Shown: piece by piece, positions 8,828 to 15,353 of the stretch | How positions within the stretch are numbered: position 1 is the stretch's first letter | Layout of the letters: each line of letters begins with the position of its first letter | Source: Fidelibacterota bacterium | GTDB taxonomy: Bacteria > Fidelibacterota > Fidelibacteria > Fidelibacterales > DSDE01 | Assembly (NCBI GenBank): GCA_046735395.1 | Contig: JBJKQR010000059.1 | Span: forward strand, 1-15,961 | DNA: 15,961 nucleotides | Reading direction: 5' to 3' | Position numbers and translations under genes: made by a program | Notes under the pieces: generated by a model | Told to the model about the DNA's origin: nothing | Seen by the model: the letters and a program-made list of their open reading frames with translations, nothing else | Database searches by the model: none

Positions 8828-9562
8828 TTATTGAGTTCTTTTCGGGTATCGGTTCCTGGGTCTTCCGGCTGATGATCCCTGATACTGAGGTTTTTCAACT
8901 TTTACAATATGTCCTTCGTTCAGAACCAGCATGACATCAATGAGTCGGAATCGTGACAACGATCCGGCATGAGATATGATTGCCGTCTTTTTATCGTTCT
9001 TAACCAGGTTCCGGATATGCGTATTGCATTTTTTTATAAATCCTTCATCCATACCGGAGTAAGGATCATCCAAAATGAGAATATCTTTTTCCTGCAGCAG
9101 AACCTTGACGAGCTCGACCTTCTTGTACAATGCCCGTGTCAGATGACGTCGTTTAATTTTGGCCAGATGTTTCAGATCAAATTTTTCCAGCAGGGTCATG
9201 GCCTCCTGATAGGCAATTGCCGCAGATTTATTCTTTCCCTGCAGAGCATTCTGCAGATAGGATATGACTGTCTTTCCGGGCCAGAATGGCTTCTCCTGTG
9301 ACAGCCAGGATATTTTACCGGTGAGTAACCGTCTGGAATATTCACCTTTTTTCATAGATTTTCCGTTATATAAAATATCTCCCCCCGCGATCTTTTTCCG
9401 ATGCGCCAGCACATCCAGCAGCAGACTTTTCCCGCTGCCGTTGACGCCGGTAATCTGGTACAGAACGCCCGGGTATACTTTCATTGAGTATATTTCAAGC
9501 TTGGATATTCCACATGCTGCTTTTACATCCTGTAATTCTAAAAGTGGAGCTTGTGTATTCAT
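8828..9562 (-). CDS. ABC-type ATP-binding protein with degenerate signature and Walker B
   Basis: Walker A GVNGSGKS, Q-loop LSQE, signature position LTRALYKKV, Walker B ILILDDPYSGMD and H-loop ISH. ATG 9562 is preceded by GAAAGG. Confidence 0.8.
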   Translation of the reverse strand: MNTQAPLLELQDVKAACGISKLEIYSMKVYPGVLYQITGVNGSGKSLLLDVLAHRKKIAGGDILYNGKSMKKGEYSRRLLTGKISWLSQEKPFWPGKTVISYLQNALQGKNKSAAIAYQEAMTLLEKFDLKHLAKIKRRHLTRALYKKVELVKVLLQEKDILILDDPYSGMDEGFIKKCNTHIRNLVKNDKKTAIISHAGSLSRFRLIDVMLVLNEGHIVKVEKPQYQGSSAGRPRNRYPKRTQ

Positions 9563-9581
9563 AAATACTACCTTTCGATAC

Positions 9582-9610
9582 ATATTCACCGCACTTCACC
9601 CGCTTGTCAA
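9582..9610 (-). promoter_or_regulatory. Putative sigma70 promoter for the ABC-ATPase...dinG gene run
   Basis: TTGACA (9605-9610), 17-bp spacer, GAATAT (9582-9587). The -35 is perfect and the -10 is weak. Confidence 0.45.
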
Positions 9611-9727
9611 AGAACTCATTTATGGCCTAAGTTTAGTGAAATTCTGCGGGTGCTTCAACATGAATCTTCCCGAATGTGATCAGGAATTCAAAACCTGCAG
9701 ATTTTGAGCCGATTTCGCCCGGACAGC

Positions 9728-10864
9728 TCAGTGGTCTGAATAGACAGGTTGGGGAAATCCCAGCCTTTCGCTCTGAAATTCCTGCTTGATGGCCTGTACA
9801 TTGTGATCGATCTCCGGTTCTCCGTCAAACTTTTTATCCATGGCCACCACATCCCAGACAAAATACGCCTGTGTTGAGTCCAGACGTGCCTGGTCTCTCG
9901 CCTGGGAATCCTCATACTTTTCAATCTGTTTCAGGACCGCACCCCTGCTTCCATAGTAATCTTCAAGGGTCTGGCCCTCCGGTACATTCTTCCGATACGT
10001 CTGCAGCCGCTGTTCAATGAAATCAAGTTTCTTTACAATGGGTGTCATGTCACGGGCCTGTCTGCGTCCGCCCAATGTGAGTTCCAGATTTCCCAGATAT
10101 TTCCCCTCCTGCCCCAGCGTGAGGTAGCTGGTATGGCCCAGTCCCTGGCTCATCATGGTCTGGCGCGCCGTTCTCGTATTGAGAATGACATCCACGCCTC
10201 TCACACTTTTATTGATCTGCCGGGCTGTGCTTTCCGGACCATCCAGCAGAACGATACAGAAATCATAGCTGCCCTTCCGGGCTTCGATGACATGAGTCAG
10301 GCTCTCCACCGGATCGGAAAGCGTGATACTTTCGTTCAGTGCAGGGGGTTTGGCGATGACGCCGGTAACCAGCACACGCTTCCCTCCGCTTTCAATTATC
10401 CTGTAGGTGGGGAAAGGAGAATTTCCATTTTTATCGAGCACATTGGAACTCATAAAAGGCAAATCGTAATTGCGTTGAAGTTCCTTCAGATACTCCAGCC
10501 CGAGGGCATAATCCACATAGCCGTTGTGAATCACATCATAACCCACATCCGAATAAGCTTTTGCCTGCAGATCCGCCAGAATCTTCAGATAGGACGCTTC
10601 GCGCGGCTGAACATTATCCGCTTTGTGAAACAGCCAGTTTCCGGCCTCGATTGCCGAGATTTTCATACCGGGCAGATCCTGACGCATCTGCTTGATATAG
10701 GTGATTTTCCGTCCCAGGCCCCCGATGGGAATCTTACAGCCGCAGGGTTCCAGTTTAATACGGTTGTTTCCGCTGATAATGAGGCTCATCTGTACGGACT
10801 GATCCGGTGTGCAGGTGCTGAGGCTCAGTACGGTAAGCAGCGCAGTCAGGAATTTATTGAACAT
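9728..10864 (-). CDS. UshA/5'-nucleotidase-like metallophosphoesterase-fold lipoprotein with CGC motif (Cys form of the UshA-like selenoprotein family)
   Basis: Lipobox-like LSTC18, then LEPCGC...GGLGRK, EAGN, YDVIHNGYVD, LPFMSSNV, GVDVIL and GQEGKYLGNLEL, which follow the 5'-nucleotidase N-terminal domain layout. CAGGAG RBS upstream. Confidence 0.7.
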   Translation of the reverse strand: MFNKFLTALLTVLSLSTCTPDQSVQMSLIISGNNRIKLEPCGCKIPIGGLGRKITYIKQMRQDLPGMKISAIEAGNWLFHKADNVQPREASYLKILADLQAKAYSDVGYDVIHNGYVDYALGLEYLKELQRNYDLPFMSSNVLDKNGNSPFPTYRIIESGGKRVLVTGVIAKPPALNESITLSDPVESLTHVIEARKGSYDFCIVLLDGPESTARQINKSVRGVDVILNTRTARQTMMSQGLGHTSYLTLGQEGKYLGNLELTLGGRRQARDMTPIVKKLDFIEQRLQTYRKNVPEGQTLEDYYGSRGAVLKQIEKYEDSQARDQARLDSTQAYFVWDVVAMDKKFDGEPEIDHNVQAIKQEFQSERLGFPQPVYSDH

Positions 10865-10893
10865 GAAATGCTCCTGTTTCGTTTATCATGCCT

Positions 10894-10922
10894 AAATTAA
10901 GCCATTTCCCGGCCAATTCCAA
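10894..10922 (-). promoter_or_regulatory. Putative sigma70 promoter of the UshA-like gene
   Basis: TTGGAA (10917-10922), 17-bp spacer, TAATTT (10894-10899), about 30 nt upstream of the ATG. Confidence 0.45.
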
Positions 10923-10944
10923 GATGAGGGCGGGGCTTTAGCTT

Positions 10945-11026
10945 CGGCTTCGCTCAGCTACCCCGACTCTGCTCAGCTACCCGGCTTCGCTCAGCTACCC
11001 CGACTCCGCTCAGCTACCCCAACTCC
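10945..11026. repeat. Tandem repeat of an 18-19-bp unit, 4 full copies plus a partial
   Basis: Units: CGGCTTCGCTCAGCTACCC / CGACTCTGCTCAGCTACC / CGGCTTCGCTCAGCTACCC / CGACTCCGCTCAGCTACCC / CAACTCC. Confidence 0.9.
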
Positions 11027-11114
11027 CTTTCCCCTGAAATCCATTCAGCTTTCCTGAATCCGCAGAGCCGCGAAGGTAAATTCCGGAAAAAACAGGGGTG
11101 AGAAAAAAGGTCAC

Positions 11115-11147
11115 AAAATCAAAAGACCCCGCCGAAGGCAGGGTCTC
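11115..11147 (-). terminator. Rho-independent terminator downstream of tRNA-Gly
   Basis: Minus strand AGACCCTGC-CTTCG-GCGGGGTCT followed by TTTGATTTT. Confidence 0.8.
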
Positions 11148-11152
11148 GTTTG

Positions 11153-11225
11153 AGCGAGAGACGGGACTCGGACCCGCGACAACCACGTTGGCAACGTGGA
11201 GCTCTACCAACTGAGCTACTCTCGC
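11153..11225 (-). tRNA. tRNA-Gly (anticodon GCC), CCA not encoded
   Basis: Full cloverleaf with U73 discriminator: GCGAGAG TA GCTC AGTTGGTA GAGC T CCACG TTGCCAA CGTGG TTGTC GCGGG TCCGAGT CCCGT CTCTCGC T. Confidence 0.96.
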
Positions 11226-11246
11226 AACATCTTCAAAAAGCAGGGA

Positions 11247-11275
11247 ATTATAAGAGTAATATTTTTCTTATGCAA
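11247..11275 (-). promoter_or_regulatory. Sigma70 promoter for tRNA-Gly
   Basis: TTGCAT (11270-11275), 17-bp spacer, TATAAT (11247-11252), with an AT-rich upstream tract. Confidence 0.75.
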
Positions 11276-11309
11276 CAGATTTATGATATTTTTCACAGAC
11301 ATTTTCGAT

Positions 11310-12134
11310 TTATGCCAGGCTTTGCGCGTTGTTTTTTTTTGATCGTTTCTTTCCGGATTTTTGCGGCGTTTTCTTTTCATCCGGACCCGATATGAATTCT
11401 CCAGACCGGAAAAATCCGCGCAGCTCGGGTATGGGAGAGGAAAGGGCATCTGCCCTGCTGCCGCTGAACAGGCATCTGCCCTGATCAAGAAAGACGATAT
11501 AGTCAGCAATACGGTGAATACTGGCCAGTTCGTGGGTCACGATGACAAAGGTCATCTTCAACTGTCGCCGCAGAGTGAGAATCAGTTCGTCCAGTTTCAG
11601 GCTGGTCACGGGATCCAGGCCCGCGCTGGGTTCATCGCAGAACATGATCTTCGGGTCAAGAGCCAGAGCCCGGGCCAGGCCGGCCCGTTTCTTCATACCT
11701 CCGGACAGTTCGGACGGAAGTTTGTACCCGGCATGCTCCAGGCCCACCAGCGCCAGTTTGCTGGCGGCGATATTGCGGATGAGGGTCCGGTCCAGCCGCG
11801 TGTGCTGTTCCAGTGGTATGCCCACATTGTCGTAAATATTCACAGAATTGAGCAGTGCGCCGTTCTGAAACAGTACGCCCGTATTCTTTATCACCTCCTT
11901 GTATTCCCTGTCATCCAGCTCAAGCATTTCCCGGCCCAGAAGACGCAGCGACGCGGCCTCCGGATTTATAAGTCCCACGATGCTCTTCAGCAATGTGGTC
12001 TTGCCACAGCCGGAGGTTCCCAGTATGACCGTGATGGCATCCTCGGGAATATCGATATTAATTCCGCTTAATATCAGCGATTCGCCATAGCTTACGCTCA
12101 GATCTTCGATATGTATGATGGCATCCTTGCTCAT
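11310..12134 (-). CDS. mlaF: MlaF/Mkl-family ABC ATPase of an MCE lipid transporter
   Basis: GTSGCGKT, GVLFQNGALLNS, PSELSGGMKKRAGLARALALDP, FCDEPSAGLDP and VTHEL. Confidence 0.92.
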   Translation of the reverse strand: MSKDAIIHIEDLSVSYGESLILSGINIDIPEDAITVILGTSGCGKTTLLKSIVGLINPEAASLRLLGREMLELDDREYKEVIKNTGVLFQNGALLNSVNIYDNVGIPLEQHTRLDRTLIRNIAASKLALVGLEHAGYKLPSELSGGMKKRAGLARALALDPKIMFCDEPSAGLDPVTSLKLDELILTLRRQLKMTFVIVTHELASIHRIADYIVFLDQGRCLFSGSRADALSSPIPELRGFFRSGEFISGPDEKKTPQKSGKKRSKKNNAQSLA

Positions 12135-12136
12135 AA

Positions 12137-13210
12137 TTATACCAGAAACAGGAGACTGAAGAGGGCATCCAGAACAATGACGGCAAAAATGGAGACCACG
12201 ACGGAGGATGTGGTGCTCTTGCCCACACCTTCCGAACCGCCGGTCGCCTTGAAGCCGTAAAAACTCCCGATGATTACAATGACCCAGGCAAAAAAGACGC
12301 TTTTCCCCAGCCCGATCATCAGATCCTGCAGTGTCAGGTAATAAAAGGATTCACTGATATAGGCACCGGGGCCCAGGTCCAGATAGGTCACACCGATAGC
12401 CAGGCCGCCCAGCATTCCCACAACAATGGAAATCATCACCAGCATGGGCATGGTGTAGGTGATGGCCAGAAATTTGGGTACTACCACGTAATCGACAGGA
12501 TCCAGGGCCATCATCTTCAGTGCGTCCAGTTCCTCACTTACATTCATGGTGGCGACTTCGGAAGCAATAGCTGATCCGCTGCGTCCGGCCACGATAATCG
12601 CGGTCATCATGGGACCCATTTCCCGTACCATGGACACGGCGATCAGATCCGCCACGAAAATATTGGCGCCGAACTGCCGAAGCTGAGCCGCACCCTGCAT
12701 CGCCAGGATCAGGCCGATGATGAAGGACAGCAGTGCAATGATTCCGAAGGCGTCCACACCCAGTATGAGAGCCTGGCTGACCACCGATCCCTTTTTCCGG
12801 TTGCGGGTGTTGAACAGACCCCGCAGCGATGCGGCAAAAATATCCGAGCTGAGAACCAGCATCTCGAAAGCCATGGAAAAGGACCGGATGGCATGTTCCC
12901 CGGCCCGGACAAAGATCGTTTCCCGGGATGGTTCGGGCGGAACAGCCTGCCCCCCTTCCCGTGTGAAAATATCCAGTACACCCTGAACGCGCTCCGAAGC
13001 ATTCTCGATGCGAATCTCATATTCCTGCCCGGTTTTAAACAGCCAGACTGCGCCGGCGCTGTCAAGATCCTCCAATCGGGACAGGTCGAATCGTTCCAGA
13101 TTCTTCCGTTCACTGCGTTTCAGCCTGCGCAGCTGCTTGTCACAGGCAGGAAGGCTGTCACGAGTCAGAGCATCTGTGAAATACAGGGTCTTGGCTTCGA
13201 TCGTGAACAT
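12137..13210 (-). CDS. mlaE: MlaE-family permease with N-terminal STAS (MlaB-like) domain
   Basis: STAS-like FDLSRLEDLDSAGAVWL. MlaE motifs QLRQFGA, VREMGPMMTAIIVAGRSGSAIASE, EELDAL and GVGKSTTSSVV. Confidence 0.93.
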   Translation of the reverse strand: MFTIEAKTLYFTDALTRDSLPACDKQLRRLKRSERKNLERFDLSRLEDLDSAGAVWLFKTGQEYEIRIENASERVQGVLDIFTREGGQAVPPEPSRETIFVRAGEHAIRSFSMAFEMLVLSSDIFAASLRGLFNTRNRKKGSVVSQALILGVDAFGIIALLSFIIGLILAMQGAAQLRQFGANIFVADLIAVSMVREMGPMMTAIIVAGRSGSAIASEVATMNVSEELDALKMMALDPVDYVVVPKFLAITYTMPMLVMISIVVGMLGGLAIGVTYLDLGPGAYISESFYYLTLQDLMIGLGKSVFFAWVIVIIGSFYGFKATGGSEGVGKSTTSSVVVSIFAVIVLDALFSLLFLV

Positions 13211-13217
13211 GTGGGGT

Positions 13218-15353
13218 TTACCTCAGGATATAGGTCAATCTCAGAAACAGCACATGTCTCTTTGATATATATTCGGGCTGATTTTCCCTGGCAATATTCT
13301 TCAGGCGCAGTTTGTAATCCAGTGACAGATACTTAAACAGCCGCATGTTGATGGTATTTTCCATATCGAAGGTCAGCGGCACACTCTTGTCAAAAGGCAT
13401 GAGGACATCCGCATCAATTCCATAGGATATATCAAAAGGGAACTGAAAATTGCCGACGAGTGAAAATTCCGTTCCCATCTGGTCAAAATCCTCATACTCG
13501 CGGTACACACTGTAATTCAGGGAATCCTTCCGCATGGGTGCTTCCACGCTCTTGTAGTAGAATCCCCGGTTGTAATCCTGCCGCCGGCCTGCACCTGCTC
13601 TGAGATTCAGCCGTGCCTTGGGATAATTGAGAATCAGATAGTTGACACCCAGTCCCTCCTTGGCAACCAGCGGATACAGAGAGGGCTTGATTTGAAGAAA
13701 ACTCACATTCGGATACCAGCCGATGGTATCACCGGAACGGTCGATCTTCACATAATTTCCGGGACTGTACTCATTCCGGGGAAAGATGTGCGTGTCCACA
13801 TCCAGCCTTGTATACAGTCCGATATTCTTGAAAAAGTAATAGACAAAGGTATTTTTGGAATAAATTTCATCATAGGAGATCCGGAAATCATTCCCGGTAC
13901 TTTTATTTGTTTCGATTTCCACCAGATTGTTCAGAGTGGCATGAATGGGTTTCTTATCATAGACAATGCGGCTGTCAAACTGCGTGTTGAGCAGAATGGT
14001 CGACTGGGGATTATATTCCTCATTTTCATTATCACTGGTATAATTGAAATTCCCGTGGATGGCGTTGTCCAGCTGATAATTCCCGATGCGGGCGCTCATT
14101 TCGGATCCGCCCAGAACACCCCCGCCGACGAGATGAGTGGGATTTCCTTCCTCATCCAGTCCCACCACAAGCTTCAGCGTCTGAAATGTACCTTCCTCCA
14201 CATACACCGTGGTAAAATCCCGATAGGCATTGAAGGGTTCATTATTGATGGTCACCTTGTAAAGGCCGGGTTTGAGGATCCAGATCCGGTTGATCTCTCC
14301 CTGTTCCTCATCCGCCGGAAATTCCGTTCCATAGCTTTTTCCGTCTTCTCCATCGAATAATTCGTAACGGGTCTTCACATAATCCCGGTTTTCCGAAATC
14401 ACCTCGATGGACAGGCAGCCCCAGTCCGGCTCAATCACCGTCTTGTAGCGCGGGCTGACCTTCACGCCACGGCGCGTCATCATCTGCCGTTCCGTTCCCG
14501 ACCCGTATTTCACCGTATAAAATCCGGACGGAAGCTTCACTGATTTTCCCATCTTCTCGGAGGCAACCGCTTCTCTGTCATCATTGTAAACGGTGTAATA
14601 GGGTTCGTTCTCCGTTTTCGTAATGGCTGGCAGCACCAGCAGGCCTTCTCCCTCCTGTACATGATGCGTCGTATCGTCCGGAGAGATTTCCGAAGCAGCG
14701 ATTCCGCGGTTATCATCGGAAACAGAGCTTTCTCCGTATTTGAAATAGCGGATGATCTTCGCTGTAAAATTGTCCGTCTCAACCAGAATCAAATCATTGA
14801 GTTTCTGGACAAAATTTTCCAGATTATTGTCAACGAGCGGCTCTTCACGGTTCACGGTGTGCTTGATGATATAATTTTCCGTCCCGGTCTTGCGCAGGTA
14901 GAAGTCCATGACCAGCCGGGCCTGCATTTTATTTTCGTATTTCAGGGCTTCCACATAGCGGATATCCGTAAGAATTTCAAAATCCGGCTGCTGGTTGAGA
15001 AATTCCCGTTTTGTGATCGTGAAGATATGATACCGATTCAGCCGCGTCATGATGAGCCGGGGGATGATTTCCGACAAGGGAACGGCCCAGAGGTCATTAT
15101 CGCTGTAGGTAATCCTGGGGCCGAAATGCCGGATCACGATCTGACGCCGGTCATAAATCGTGGGGATCACCGGATCCTTGACAATAGCCGTATAGGGAAA
15201 AGGTTCATTCAGTTCCAGCTCTTCCCGCTCCAGATTACTGTAATATTCCAGGACATAATGATTGACGACTGCCTGTTTCTGGGAACCACAGCTCCAGAAC
15301 AGCGCGGTTGCGGCAGCCAGAATCAGGAGAGATATGAGAAAGCGTGTTTTCAT
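13218..15353 (-). CDS. Lipoprotein with PqiC/ABC-transport-auxiliary-like N-domain, two beta-sandwich-like repeats and a probable C-terminal outer-membrane beta-barrel
   Basis: Lipobox FWSC22. PqiC-like YDRRQIVIR...YSDNDLWAVPLSEII. Repeats LPSGFYTVKY and LKPGLYKVTIN. The C-terminal ~290 aa are rich in alternating amphipathic strands and end HVLFLRLTYILR. ATGA overlap with the MCE gene. Confidence 0.75.
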   Translation of the reverse strand: MKTRFLISLLILAAATALFWSCGSQKQAVVNHYVLEYYSNLEREELELNEPFPYTAIVKDPVIPTIYDRRQIVIRHFGPRITYSDNDLWAVPLSEIIPRLIMTRLNRYHIFTITKREFLNQQPDFEILTDIRYVEALKYENKMQARLVMDFYLRKTGTENYIIKHTVNREEPLVDNNLENFVQKLNDLILVETDNFTAKIIRYFKYGESSVSDDNRGIAASEISPDDTTHHVQEGEGLLVLPAITKTENEPYYTVYNDDREAVASEKMGKSVKLPSGFYTVKYGSGTERQMMTRRGVKVSPRYKTVIEPDWGCLSIEVISENRDYVKTRYELFDGEDGKSYGTEFPADEEQGEINRIWILKPGLYKVTINNEPFNAYRDFTTVYVEEGTFQTLKLVVGLDEEGNPTHLVGGGVLGGSEMSARIGNYQLDNAIHGNFNYTSDNENEEYNPQSTILLNTQFDSRIVYDKKPIHATLNNLVEIETNKSTGNDFRISYDEIYSKNTFVYYFFKNIGLYTRLDVDTHIFPRNEYSPGNYVKIDRSGDTIGWYPNVSFLQIKPSLYPLVAKEGLGVNYLILNYPKARLNLRAGAGRRQDYNRGFYYKSVEAPMRKDSLNYSVYREYEDFDQMGTEFSLVGNFQFPFDISYGIDADVLMPFDKSVPLTFDMENTINMRLFKYLSLDYKLRLKNIARENQPEYISKRHVLFLRLTYILR

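Noticed and set aside
10736..10744. In-frame selenocysteine in the UshA-like protein
   Set aside because: The codons are TGC-GGC-TGT with no TGA, so this copy is a cysteine form.
10945..11026. Tandem repeat as a CRISPR array
   Set aside because: The units abut with no unique spacers, are too short, and no cas genes are present.
10945..11225. tRNA-Gly as an integration site, with the repeat core CTCAGCTAC resembling tRNA CTGAGCTAC
   Set aside because: The match is only 8 of 9 bases and is to the 5' arm. There is no duplicated tRNA 3' end, integrase or island cargo.
11310..11390. Lys-rich MlaF tail with a 9-base homopolymer as a phase-variation site
   Set aside because: The run lies in the last few codons, after the complete ATPase domain, so slippage would barely alter the protein.
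11010..11509. Short ORFs 11010-11210, 11150-11395 and 11216-11509
   Set aside because: They overlap the tRNA gene, its promoter or the mlaF 3' end, and have no coding hallmarks.
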